A DNA stretch of 64,000 bases from Chitinophaga pinensis (lineage in GTDB: Bacteria; Bacteroidota; Bacteroidia; Chitinophagales; UBA10324): NCBI GenBank assembly GCA_945903305.1, contig CAMDOA010000001.1, positions 16,892-80,891 on the forward strand. The letters run 5' to 3'. Under the pieces are notes generated by a model that saw only the letters and a program-made list of their open reading frames with translations, was not told where the DNA came from and ran no database searches. Shown piece by piece: positions 38,901-47,595 of the stretch. Position numbers and translations under genes: made by a program. The first letter of the stretch is position 1. Each line of letters starts with the position of its first letter.

Positions 38901-39022
38901 GCATAATTCCCTTCGCGCTCATCGTGTGTTCCGTTTATTGGGAAGGTTGTTTGAGCATTTGAGATTTCAGAATTAAGAATTAAGAGTGGAAGGAGGAGTG
39001 CGGCAAAAATTATTTTCTTCAT
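35990..39022 (-). CDS. large secreted amidohydrolase family protein (two amidohydrolase-like modules)
   Basis: 1010 aa with a signal peptide. Metal-dependent-hydrolase-like segments occur in both halves (IIDEHSHIA..., ...INSDDAEMAR..., GSIKTGKDADLVLW). Confidence 0.78.
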   Translation of the reverse strand: MKKIIFAALLLPLLILNSEISNAQTTFPINGTHDEREGNYAFTHATITVDYQTFLSDATMLIHDGKIVAVGNTVTIPAGVTVIDCKGKFIYPSFIDLFSDYGMAKTESRPNERGPQFLSNKSGAYNWNQAIMPEVNGADFFHGDEKQSAGLRTLGFGAVLTHRMDGIMRGTGAVVLAGNESDNEMLLRGNVASFYSFNKGTSTQDYPSSLMGSIALMRQTFYDAQWYKSGGNQDEKNISLEALYNQLSLPQIFQVDNDLSVLRADKIGDEFGIKFIIKGVGDEYKRLDEIKVAGNALIVPINFPKPYNVNDPNDADLISLSELMNWEQAPANLFRINKAGINFCITKQGCSDDAFWKNLRKAIAYGLNESDALKALTYTPAQLSGEWNNLGSLEKGKLANFIICSDSIFNDENIIYQNWVKGKMYRVNDEQISSMKGEYNFTLNRMGAIKLTIENPSSNSGQLQFHDSTKADVKFSLNDNLISLSFAMPKDSSKQLYRLNGFISNEKWQGKGLDPKGNDVVWTATRTVYAKAKSDSAKKEIKKPEFGKVIYPFNAYGWDTIPKQETVLFKNATVWTNEADSILLNTDVLISNGKIQQIEKNISSPENARVIDATGKFLTSGIIDEHSHIAISQGVNEGTQSITSEVRIGDVVYSEDINIYRNLAGGVTTSHLLHGSANAIGGQTQLIKLRWGYAPEQMKFGGWPGFIKFALGENVKQSNWGDRNTVRFPQTRMGVEQMMFDGFIRARKYQSDWDKWNLTSVKNKTTLTAPRRDLELDALSEILYAKRFITCHSYVQSEINMLMKVADSMRFQMNTFTHILEGYKVADKMKEHGVFASSFSDWWAYKYEVYDAIPHNAAILTKVGVVTAINSDDAEMARRLNQESAKSIKYGGLSEMEAWKLCTLNPAKMLHVDGKVGSIKTGKDADLVLWNNNPLSIYSKPEYTFVDGICFFSLQLDQQKRDFIKSERTRLINKMIEAIKNGERPQELNHNFNLLYECDTECDGNQIGGN

Positions 39023-39038
39023 TAAGATTTTTTCTGTG

Positions 39039-39049
39039 GGCGAAAAGTA
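39039..39049 (-). promoter_or_regulatory. TACTTTTCGCC box upstream of the amidohydrolase gene
   Basis: The minus strand reads CTTACTTTTCGCCCACAGAAAAAATCTTAATG. This is the same box family as at thiL, hpt, the ABC-F gene and gcvH. Confidence 0.3.
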
Positions 39050-39098
39050 AGATTTGAATTGTAATGTTCAATGATTCTACATTAGCCTCAAAATTATT

Positions 39099-39899
39099 AT
39101 GGAAAAAACAATTCAACATTTAGAATCAACCATCAGCTATTCCGTTGAAGGTGCGGGCGAAACACTTTTGCTACTTCACGGTTTTTGTGAAGACAAAAAT
39201 ATCTGGAGCGAATTCAAACAACCACTTCTGCCAAAAACTAAAATCATTTGTATTGACTTACCGGGATTCGGAAAATCGTTGCCCGGAAAAAATCATACCT
39301 CGATGGTGTTGATGGCTGAAGCCGTACTTGCTGTTTTGAATGAAGAACAAATTGAAAAGTGCTTTTTGCTCGGGCACTCAATGGGTGGGTATGTAACTCT
39401 GGCCTTTGCCAATAAATATGCTGACCAATTAAAAGGCATCGGACTATTTCACAGTTCATGTTTTGCGGATGATGAATTAAAAAAAGAAACTCGGAAAAAA
39501 GTGGCCGAGTTTGTTTTAAAAAACGGTAGCCGAGCATTTGCCGATCAACTTTTTCCAACATTGTTTACTCCGGAGTTTGTCGAAAAAAATAATGAATTAA
39601 TTTTTTCGTTGGAAGAAAAAGCCGCAACCATTTCTGAACAATCAATTGCCAACTCATCGTTGGCGATGGCAGCCCGAAATGATTTATCTGAAGTACTGAA
39701 GGGAACAAATCTGCCCGTGCTTATGATAATTGGTGAAAAAGATTTAGCCATTCCGTTTGAACGAAGCATGATGATGACTCATCTTCCAACTACTGCAATC
39801 ATTTGTATGCTTGAACAAAGTGCCCACATGGGAATGTTGGAAGAGCCTGCCAAATCGTTACAGTCAGTAATTGACTGGATGAATTTTACTTCAACCTAA
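39099..39899 (+). CDS. alpha/beta hydrolase
   Basis: 266 aa with LLLHGF, the nucleophile elbow GHSMGG, and a C-terminal His region (SAHMGMLE). Confidence 0.85.
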   Translation: MEKTIQHLESTISYSVEGAGETLLLLHGFCEDKNIWSEFKQPLLPKTKIICIDLPGFGKSLPGKNHTSMVLMAEAVLAVLNEEQIEKCFLLGHSMGGYVTLAFANKYADQLKGIGLFHSSCFADDELKKETRKKVAEFVLKNGSRAFADQLFPTLFTPEFVEKNNELIFSLEEKAATISEQSIANSSLAMAARNDLSEVLKGTNLPVLMIIGEKDLAIPFERSMMMTHLPTTAIICMLEQSAHMGMLEEPAKSLQSVIDWMNFTST

Positions 39900-40026
39900 C
39901 GGAGCATACAGTTTTACGAAGCTCATTCAGCCTACCATTTTTTCAGTTCATGCATTTTTCGATTGCAAACATGAATTGTTTAATTACTTTAGTCGCTCAA
40001 ATTTAAAATAAGGCTTACAAAACCGA

Positions 40027-41691
40027 ATGCGAATCAGAATTCTTATCTTTTCTTTTTTCCTGATCAGTACTGATTGCTTTTCGCAAAACACTCCTGTTCT
40101 AACCAACATTCCATCAACAGTTGCTGATTCTACGGGTATTGCATTATTAATTTATTATCCCGATTCGGCCAGGTACGATACCTGTGGAGCTCCAATAGCC
40201 ATTGTTGTTGCAGGAGGGAAAGGGGCTACTGGAATTATTTTAAATTATTCGGCAGTTATTGCTCACTTCGGATTTATACAGGTATTTTTTCATTTTCCGG
40301 GAGGCGGAATCGGACCAATTTTAAGTGGAGGAACTTATGATTTACGAGGCCCTGATTGCATTGCTGCATTAAAAGATGTAATTAAATTTTGCAGCGGAGA
40401 AACAACAAATAATAATGGAAAATATTTAAATGAACTTGTACCGGTCGCTCCAAATTATGAAAATGTGGGATTGGTTGGCGGTTCTAATGGAGGAAATATT
40501 TCGTTTGCTGTTGCCGGAATTTACGGAAACCAACTGCCAGGATTGAAATGGATTTGTAATTGGGAAACACCGGTTGGCGATGGAAATATTCTGGCCGATA
40601 TGGGGAATACGAATTTTGGAAGCAGCGCTCCCACTTCCAACCTTGCATATAATGATACAACAGGTGTTTTTGATTATTCAAAACTGAAATATTGCGACAC
40701 GCTTTATTTCAATTATAATTTAACTTTCGATACGCTTGCCGGATTTTATTTTGATAATGATAATAATGATAACCCCAATGATTCGGTTGATTATAAACTG
40801 GAACCGCTAATTTATGGAAGTGGCATTTCCGAAAGAGCTTATTACAGTCAGAAAATTATTGAACTCGGCTTTTCACTCGGATTAATTCCAAATCCAAAAC
40901 CCTTCTATATTCCAACTTTTCAAGAGGCAAAAGATTTTTGGAAATGGCGAAATGGCGAATATTGGATGGATTCTATTTCGTTGAAGCGACCTGACATTTT
41001 ATTTATGATTACCGCTAAAAACAACGACCATTATATTAATTCTCCTGACCATCCGGGAATATTAAATCAATATTTAAAATTTGTCACTAATCAAACAAAT
41101 TTACCCCGCTTAAACCCTGATAAATCGTACTTGGAATATGTTATGGATTCTGTTTATCCCGGCTTACCAGATAATGCCTGCTATACACCCTACAATAGAA
41201 TTACTATAAGAGATGTGCTAATTCCGGACAGTGTTGATCAGAAATTATTATATGCTGCCGGAGCCTGCGAACTGGCCGATAGAAGTATCCGGGGAGATTT
41301 CAGGTGGCAGCTTGATTCAGTTTACGATAATTGCGAAAAGTATATAGCACACTATTCTGATTCAACTGATACTGATGAATTTTCTGAAAGTGATTCTGCC
41401 GCTATTGCTTTAACAATTAATAGTTTTTCAAATTCTGCTATTCAATCAAAATTATTTCCTAACCCAAGTTCTTCCTATGCTACTCTAATTATTTATTCAG
41501 CAGATAATGAAGAGGTAAAAATTAAACTGACTGATTTATCAGGTCGGGTAATTTTAATTTCTGTTGAAAAATTAAAAAGTGGCAATAATTCAATTCAGTT
41601 AAAATCAACTGCATTAGAAAATGGTATTTACTTTTTAACCATTCAAAACAAAACCAGAATAGAAACTTTGAAACTGGAAGTACTGCACTAA
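40027..41691 (+). CDS. secreted protein with a T9SS C-terminal sorting domain (possible alpha/beta-hydrolase core)
   Basis: 554 aa with a signal peptide (MRIRILIFSFFLISTDCFSQ). It has a GxSxG-like motif (VGGSNGGN), and the C-terminus is LFPNPSSSYATLIIY...GIYFLTIQNKTRIETLKLEVLH. Confidence 0.6.
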   Translation: MRIRILIFSFFLISTDCFSQNTPVLTNIPSTVADSTGIALLIYYPDSARYDTCGAPIAIVVAGGKGATGIILNYSAVIAHFGFIQVFFHFPGGGIGPILSGGTYDLRGPDCIAALKDVIKFCSGETTNNNGKYLNELVPVAPNYENVGLVGGSNGGNISFAVAGIYGNQLPGLKWICNWETPVGDGNILADMGNTNFGSSAPTSNLAYNDTTGVFDYSKLKYCDTLYFNYNLTFDTLAGFYFDNDNNDNPNDSVDYKLEPLIYGSGISERAYYSQKIIELGFSLGLIPNPKPFYIPTFQEAKDFWKWRNGEYWMDSISLKRPDILFMITAKNNDHYINSPDHPGILNQYLKFVTNQTNLPRLNPDKSYLEYVMDSVYPGLPDNACYTPYNRITIRDVLIPDSVDQKLLYAAGACELADRSIRGDFRWQLDSVYDNCEKYIAHYSDSTDTDEFSESDSAAIALTINSFSNSAIQSKLFPNPSSSYATLIIYSADNEEVKIKLTDLSGRVILISVEKLKSGNNSIQLKSTALENGIYFLTIQNKTRIETLKLEVLH

Positions 41692-42224
41692 CACAATTGA
41701 TAAATTGCCGGAAGGTTTCTTCCGTAGCCATCATAATCTAATCCGTAGCCAACCAAAAAATCATTGGGTACTTCAAAGCAACTGTAATGAACTTTTATAT
41801 CATGCTTTAATGCGGCGGGTTTAAATAACAATGCAGAAATAAAAATTTCTTTTGGTTGAAAGCCTTTTAATACCGGCAAAAATTCATTCAGTGTTTTTCC
41901 GGTGTCAACAATATCTTCCACAATAATTACCGTTCTGTCTTTAATATTTATATCAAGACCTACTAAAGTTTTTACTTGTCCGGTTGATTGTGTGCCCTGG
42001 TACGAAGCAAGTTTCACAAAAGAAATTTCGCATGGTATACTAACCTGCTTCATTAAATCGGAAGCGAACATGAATGAACCATTGAGTATGGCCAGAAAAA
42101 TCGGCTTCTCCTCTGCGAATCGTTCGTTTATTTTTTCTGCCAGTTCTTTTACTCTTTGCTGAATGGTTTCAGCAGAAATATAAGTTCTGAATTTTTTATC
42201 GTGTACCTGAATTGTTTCTTCCAT
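41688..42224 (-). CDS. hpt: hypoxanthine phosphoribosyltransferase
   Basis: 178 aa with the PRPP-binding motif VIIVEDIVDTGKTL and a typical Hpt N-terminus. Its stop overlaps the convergent upstream gene's stop by 4 nt. Confidence 0.92.
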   Translation of the reverse strand: MEETIQVHDKKFRTYISAETIQQRVKELAEKINERFAEEKPIFLAILNGSFMFASDLMKQVSIPCEISFVKLASYQGTQSTGQVKTLVGLDINIKDRTVIIVEDIVDTGKTLNEFLPVLKGFQPKEIFISALLFKPAALKHDIKVHYSCFEVPNDFLVGYGLDYDGYGRNLPAIYQLC

Positions 42225-42226
42225 CG

Positions 42227-42236
42227 GGCGAAAATA
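42227..42236 (-). promoter_or_regulatory. TATTTTCGCC box 2 nt upstream of the hpt ATG
   Basis: The minus strand reads CTTATTTTCGCCCGATGGAAGAAACA. Confidence 0.3.
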
Positions 42237-42264
42237 AGTTCATTCGTTTATTGGTTTATTGGTA

Positions 42265-42372
42265 TATTGGTTTATTAGTTCATTGGTTCACTTGAATATG
42301 CAATTAAAAAAAATTGAACACAGTTAATCAACTACCTCAAAACGAAGGAACGAATGAACTAATAAACCAATA
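42265..42372. repeat. 20-bp perfect inverted repeat (42265-42284 and 42353-42372) embedded in TTATTGG-type 8-bp periodic repeats
   Basis: TATTGGTTTATTAGTTCATT and AATGAACTAATAAACCAATA are exact reverse complements with a 68-nt spacer. A second module, AGTTCATTCGTT (42238-42249), pairs with AACGAATGAACT (42349-42360). Confidence 0.85.
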
Positions 42373-42377
42373 AACTA

Positions 42378-43568
42378 TTACTTCACTTTTAATTTATCGC
42401 CAACGCTAAGTGAATCGTTGCTCAAATTGTTGAGTTGCTTTAGTTGGTCAACAGTAAGATTATACATTTTTGAGATAGCATAAAGTGTGTCCCCTTTTTT
42501 TACCACATACATATTTTCAGTCTGTGAAACGGTGTGGTAAGAAGTTAATTCTTTTTGAACAGTTTTTTGTTTAACACGAAGTTTCGGTGGGGAAATTCGG
42601 TCGCTTCGCAAATTCAATATCTCACCTGCTTCGGGTTGTGTACCTGCAATCATTTTATTTTTTTCATATAAGTACATTAACTGTATTCCATGTTGTTGCG
42701 AAATTTCAAACATGGTTTCCTCTTCTTTCACCGTGTGATAAGGTATATCGCCGTTGCGGTGCTTGAGTTGAAGAAACAACCGTTCGCCCGGTTGCACTTT
42801 TGATTTTGAATTTAGGTCGTTGTACTTCAATAATTTTTTCATTCCTAATTCATAATCGTAAGCCACTTTTTGCAAAGTTTCGCCCTGCTTAAGTTCAATG
42901 CATTTTATATTGTTGAAATAATAAACTCTTCCCTGCTGTGGGTCGCTTACCAAATCAGAAACAATGGCTGAGGTTTCCGGATCTTGTTTTTGAATTTTAC
43001 AAATTGCGTTTAAACTGTCAGTGTTTTTACTATGGGCTGTGTAATTTGCATCCAATCCCAGAACATCATATTGCTGCAAATTATTTTTTTCAATGGAAGA
43101 AATTAATATTTCGGCATACTTGGGATTGGTGGCATAGCCGCACGCTTTTAATCCTTTCGACCAGCCTATATAATCGGTAATTTCTAATTGAAATAAACAC
43201 GCATATCGCTGCCGTCCTTTTAAAAAATCGCTGTGGTCTTTAAATGATTGTTCGGGCGAATCATATTTTCTGAAACATTCGTTCGGCGCATCATCATCAT
43301 AGCGGTAAGTTTCTCCCTTCCAGTTTTCATGGCATTTAATTCCGAAGTGATTATTTGCCACGGTTGCCAAAGCGCTTCTGCCGGCTTCAGTTTCAATAAT
43401 GCCCTGACCAATGGTAATACTTGCCGGCACACCGGTGCGCTTCATCTCTGCGATAGCTAATTCCTTGTAAGTGTTGATGTAATTAATTACCCGCTGCTGA
43501 TAAGTATCCTGTGCTGAAACATTCAGTGCAGAAATAAAAATTAAAAAAAGGCAAGTAAGTTTTTTCAT
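42378..43568 (-). CDS. peptidoglycan hydrolase: glucosaminidase (LytD/FlgJ-type) domain plus three LysM domains
   Basis: ATG 43568 gives the signal peptide MKKLTCLFLIFISALNVSAQ. The glucosaminidase motif is GQGIIETEAGRSALATVANNHFGIKC. The LysM repeats include YVVKKGDTLYAISKMYNLTVDQLKQLNNL...GDKLKV. Confidence 0.8.
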   Translation of the reverse strand: MKKLTCLFLIFISALNVSAQDTYQQRVINYINTYKELAIAEMKRTGVPASITIGQGIIETEAGRSALATVANNHFGIKCHENWKGETYRYDDDAPNECFRKYDSPEQSFKDHSDFLKGRQRYACLFQLEITDYIGWSKGLKACGYATNPKYAEILISSIEKNNLQQYDVLGLDANYTAHSKNTDSLNAICKIQKQDPETSAIVSDLVSDPQQGRVYYFNNIKCIELKQGETLQKVAYDYELGMKKLLKYNDLNSKSKVQPGERLFLQLKHRNGDIPYHTVKEEETMFEISQQHGIQLMYLYEKNKMIAGTQPEAGEILNLRSDRISPPKLRVKQKTVQKELTSYHTVSQTENMYVVKKGDTLYAISKMYNLTVDQLKQLNNLSNDSLSVGDKLKVK

Positions 43569-43702
43569 TAGTGAAATCATTAACGGCAATGTTCAGAATT
43601 TCTTTTGTCAATAATCAATTATTAAACCAACTGGAAAAGATAAGTTGTTTAAGAAATGAAACAGAAAAGTTTCGGTTTCGAGCAAATTCGAATCGATATA
43701 GC

Positions 43703-43757
43703 AAAGCTGATAATATCAAATTATAAGGTTTAAAGCTGATAATCATAAAATATAAGG
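43703..43757. repeat. two imperfect 26-nt direct repeats (29-nt period)
   Basis: AAAGCTGATAATATCAAATTATAAGG (43703-43728) and AAAGCTGATAATCATAAAATATAAGG (43732-43757). Confidence 0.8.
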
Positions 43758-43768
43758 AGTACAGCTTA

Positions 43769-46700
43769 TTATGAAACTTTATCAGTTTTAAGCACCTCCA
43801 GCTTATTCTCTCTCACAAACTTGCACCAATTGCATTCTTCCTTTCCGCATCCCTCGTTGAACTCCAGGTTTTTAATTTTGGTGTAAGTATCCTTCAGTTG
43901 GTCTTTCACAAATTCAATGGCTTCGTTGGTCACTGTCACTTTTGATTTTACAAATTCTTTTTTCTTTTCGTCGGGTTCAATGAAATCAATTTCGCCACTC
44001 ACCATGTTCCATTTTTCGCGGTGATTGTTGTCCATTAATATTTTGTAGAAAATAATTTGCCGCCAGTAATCGCCGCCTGCCGGATTTTTTTCTGACGGGG
44101 GCGCAAGTTTTTTTAAACCGTACTCCACACTGCCTGTTTTGTAATCGACCAGATTTGCATCACTCCCGGTGAATTCAATCTTGTCCACCTTTCCGTTGAT
44201 GGGTATGCCGTTCACTTCAATGTTGCGGATGTTGTATTCCGTCACCGTTACTTTATTCCACGAGTTCACATATTGATTGTAGTAAGGCGGAATAATTTGT
44301 TTGCCCTGCAGTAAGCGATTAGCAAATTGCTTGTCGGTGAAAGAATCTTTCTGCCGGTTCATTTCCCAATTGAAATCATTGAGCACATCATCCAACGGTG
44401 GAAATTTTTTATCTGCCGAAGCATTCATCTTCACAAACAATCTGTTCAATGCCCAGTGTACCGCATTACCAAATGCCAGTGTATCGCTCTTAGCACTCGG
44501 CACACGAATCACCCGCTCGAAATAAAATGCCAGCGGACACTCCAAATATTTATTGAGATTGGAAACGCTCATCGAAAAACTTTCGAGGCGCGCCTGTATG
44601 TATTCGCGGTCGAAGAGTTCAATCATTGGTTTTTCATTCGGTTGCAATGCATCAATGCTCAGTTCAAATAATTGTTCCGTAGAAATTTTTTCCGGTTGAA
44701 TTTTTATTCCTGTGCCACTCATTACTTCCGCCACAAATTGCGATGGCTCTAAAATTTTTCCTCCATTATCAGCCGCGGCAAATGAAATGCGCAAGTGTTC
44801 TTTTGCGCGTGTCATGGCCACATAAAACAAGCGTCGCAGCGCTTCATCTTTATTTTCTTCCTTGGTATAAGTGATGGTGTCGGGCAACGAATAATTCTGC
44901 GCGCCGCTTCCTGCCTTCTCCCACATTTTTGAAGTGCAGCCAATCAGAAACACATGCTGAAACTCCAGTCCCTTTGCCGAGTGGGCGGTTGTAAAATTCA
45001 CTCCCATCTCGCTGAATACTGATTTGTTGAGAGGTAGAGAAAGTTTGTTCGCTTCCATGGCTTCAATCATTTCCAGAAACTCTCGGATGCGGATGCGCGG
45101 GTGCCGGGCGCTTTCTTCTTTCAGAAAATCGAAGAAGGTATTGAGCACCTGCATCAGCCATATTTTTTCGTCGCTCTTTAAAATGTAAGTGAGCAGCCCG
45201 CTCTCGTTCAATATTTTTTCGAACAACATCTGCAGTGTGATGTTGGTTGATTCGCTCACCCATCGGGTAATATTTTTTTCGAAGCGCTGTAATGCTTCGT
45301 AGTCTTTCAGTTTTATCTGTGCGAAGGAATCTTTGTCGCTTAAAATTTCCCGCCAGAATTTATTTGTCTTTTTCGATGCGGCATAGGAGGCGAGTGCCGC
45401 CACATCGTGCGGATGTATCTGAAAGAAATGAAAGTGCATCATCTCGAACAACAGGTATTCTCCGCTGTGCGGCTTGCGGATTTCTTCACTGATGTATTGC
45501 AGTGTGGTAAGAATATTTCGAATCAACGGAAGTTCAAGAATGTTAATCTTCCGCTTCACCTGGTACGGAATGTTTTTTTTCTCGAACAGCTGAATCAGAT
45601 TTTCCGCCTGCTTGTGCCGGTGATAAATCACGGCGATTTCAGAAAGCGGAATTCCCTGCTCGCGTAGTGCTTCTATCTGCAAAATAATTCCGGCTTCTTC
45701 CTCTCTTCCGTTTGCGTATTCGAGAATGAGGGGCTCTACTTTCGAGTTCATCATTTTCGGAAGCGAGGCAATTAAATTTTTATCGAGCCCCGGAATTTTA
45801 TTCACGAGCCGGTCTTCATTGTGTTCGATTAAAGTTTTTGATGCATCAAGAATCGGTTGGTTGCTCCGGTAATTTTCGGTGAGCACGATGTACTTAATTT
45901 CCTTTTTGTTGGCTTCATAGAAATCCAAAATATTTTTTACGCGCGCGCCCTGAAATTCATAAATGCTTTGGTCATCATCACCAACAGTAAAACAATTTGG
46001 TTTGTCCCAATAGCTGGTGAGGGCTTTCAGAATTTCATTCTGCGCCCCGTTTGTATCCTGAAATTCATCCACCAGAAAATAAAGGTAGCGTTCCTGGTAG
46101 TTGCGCAAAATATTTTCATCTTCACGAAATGCCTTCACCACCCAAAGAATCATATCCGAATAATCGTAGCGATTCATGGCGAGCATGCGCTGCTGATACA
46201 CCGGAAATATTTCGGCTGCGGCGCGAAGCAATTCCATTTTCTTTTTCTGTTCATCAATATCCTTTTGCTTCAAATCTCCTTTCTTGAATCCGTGCTTCGT
46301 GCTGCTGGTTTTATAAGTGTATTCATCGCGCAACGGAAGGTCGGCGAGATATTCGTCAATGGATTTTAAAACTTTTTCGGTTGTCCAGTCTTCGCTTTTC
46401 ATAATTTGAAAGAGTGAATTCATTCGGGCCACTTCGAAATAAATTTCTCCTTTCAACCGACGCAACGGATTTGAAGGCGGCAGTTCATCGAGCATGGATT
46501 GAAGCAGCGCAATGTTTTCCAGTTCTGAAATCGGTTCGAGAATCCGCTTTCCGAAATAATCGAGATTGGATTGAATCACCTCATTACAAAAAGCATGGAA
46601 GGTGTAAATGTTCACCCGATATGATGTGGCGCCAATGAATTCCTGCAAACGCTTGCGCATGGCAACAGTTCCTGCATCAGTGTAAGTGAGACATAAAATA

Positions 46701-46888
46701 TTTTGCGGAGCAGTATCTGTCTGTGTTAGAATATTTCCGATGCGTGCGGCAATGATTTGTGTTTTGCCTGTGCCCGGCCCCGCCACCACCAGCACCGGAC
46801 CTTCAATGTGTTCAACAGCTTCGCGCTGCGAAGTGTTGAGTGATTTGAGAATGGAATTGAATTCGGCGGTGGATTTTATTTCGGGCAT
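43769..46888 (-). CDS. UvrD/Rep-type SF1 helicase fused to a C-terminal PD-(D/E)XK (RecB/Cas4-like) nuclease with Cys cluster
   Basis: 1039 aa. Helicase motifs are AGPGTGKT, VDEFQDT, and TAHSAKGLEF with a following VAMTRAK. The nuclease motifs are GKVDKIEF...LVDYKTG and YWRQIIFYKIL. Four Cys residues (ECPLAFYF ... CGKEECNWC) are arranged like an iron-staple Fe-S site. Confidence 0.85.
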   Translation of the reverse strand: MPEIKSTAEFNSILKSLNTSQREAVEHIEGPVLVVAGPGTGKTQIIAARIGNILTQTDTAPQNILCLTYTDAGTVAMRKRLQEFIGATSYRVNIYTFHAFCNEVIQSNLDYFGKRILEPISELENIALLQSMLDELPPSNPLRRLKGEIYFEVARMNSLFQIMKSEDWTTEKVLKSIDEYLADLPLRDEYTYKTSSTKHGFKKGDLKQKDIDEQKKKMELLRAAAEIFPVYQQRMLAMNRYDYSDMILWVVKAFREDENILRNYQERYLYFLVDEFQDTNGAQNEILKALTSYWDKPNCFTVGDDDQSIYEFQGARVKNILDFYEANKKEIKYIVLTENYRSNQPILDASKTLIEHNEDRLVNKIPGLDKNLIASLPKMMNSKVEPLILEYANGREEEAGIILQIEALREQGIPLSEIAVIYHRHKQAENLIQLFEKKNIPYQVKRKINILELPLIRNILTTLQYISEEIRKPHSGEYLLFEMMHFHFFQIHPHDVAALASYAASKKTNKFWREILSDKDSFAQIKLKDYEALQRFEKNITRWVSESTNITLQMLFEKILNESGLLTYILKSDEKIWLMQVLNTFFDFLKEESARHPRIRIREFLEMIEAMEANKLSLPLNKSVFSEMGVNFTTAHSAKGLEFQHVFLIGCTSKMWEKAGSGAQNYSLPDTITYTKEENKDEALRRLFYVAMTRAKEHLRISFAAADNGGKILEPSQFVAEVMSGTGIKIQPEKISTEQLFELSIDALQPNEKPMIELFDREYIQARLESFSMSVSNLNKYLECPLAFYFERVIRVPSAKSDTLAFGNAVHWALNRLFVKMNASADKKFPPLDDVLNDFNWEMNRQKDSFTDKQFANRLLQGKQIIPPYYNQYVNSWNKVTVTEYNIRNIEVNGIPINGKVDKIEFTGSDANLVDYKTGSVEYGLKKLAPPSEKNPAGGDYWRQIIFYKILMDNNHREKWNMVSGEIDFIEPDEKKKEFVKSKVTVTNEAIEFVKDQLKDTYTKIKNLEFNEGCGKEECNWCKFVRENKLEVLKTDKVS

Positions 46889-47011
46889 GGAATGAAATTA
46901 TAAATGATAAAGTAGAAACCAAAATTACTTAGTGTCTGTTTTGAAATCTTAATTATTCACTAATACTATTTCAAGAGTGTTCATGAACTTGCGTTTCTAA
47001 AATCTAAATTC

Positions 47012-47560
47012 TTATTTCCTCACCAACGAATAAATCGCCGAGTCCAGAAATTTTCCGTTGTAGAAATAATTTTCTCTGAAGTATGCTTCGCAAACGAAAT
47101 TATTTTTCTCTAATAGTTTTATTGAAGCAATATTTTCAGGATTCACATTGGCTTCTATCGAATGCAATTTCAATTCAGAAAATCCATAATTTAAAACCGT
47201 TGACATTGCTTCCTGCATAATTCCCATCCGGTGAAAATCAGCATGCAACATGTATCCGATTTCGCTCCGTTCATTTTCCAATTGCAATTTCCAAAAGCAA
47301 ATGGTCCCAAGCAATCTTGCATTTCCTTTTAAACTAATTCCCCAGTTAATGCCTTCATTATTTAACAAAAGTTCGTCGTAAATCTGAATCAATTTTTCAG
47401 CGTCGCTGATTGTTTGAGCTCTTGGCCGGTCAAGGAACTTCATCATTCGTTCATCGGACCGGAGAATGAATAAATCTTTTGCATCGGATAAATTAATGCG
47501 CCGCAATAACAAGCGATTAGTTGAAAGATTGGGATATGGAGTAAAATTTGGGTTTAACAT
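47012..47560 (-). CDS. GNAT family N-acetyltransferase (RimJ/RimL-like)
   Basis: 182 aa. It has RLLLRRINLSDAKDLF and an acetyl-CoA-binding-like segment (HRMGIMQEAMSTVLNYGF). Confidence 0.82.
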   Translation of the reverse strand: MLNPNFTPYPNLSTNRLLLRRINLSDAKDLFILRSDERMMKFLDRPRAQTISDAEKLIQIYDELLLNNEGINWGISLKGNARLLGTICFWKLQLENERSEIGYMLHADFHRMGIMQEAMSTVLNYGFSELKLHSIEANVNPENIASIKLLEKNNFVCEAYFRENYFYNGKFLDSAIYSLVRK

Positions 47561-47595
47561 TTTACAAATAAATTACTTATGAATGACGATGCTAA

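Noticed and set aside
43660-43700. A TTCGAATC string resembling a tRNA T-loop, with other such strings inside CDSs.
   Set aside because: No acceptor stem, D-arm or anticodon arm can be drawn around it. I found no credible tRNA, rRNA, tmRNA, RNase P or SRP RNA in any intergenic gap.
43703-43757. Possible CRISPR-like spacing of the 26-nt direct repeats.
   Set aside because: There are only two copies, they are imperfect, only 3 nt separates them, and there are no cas genes. This is not a CRISPR array.
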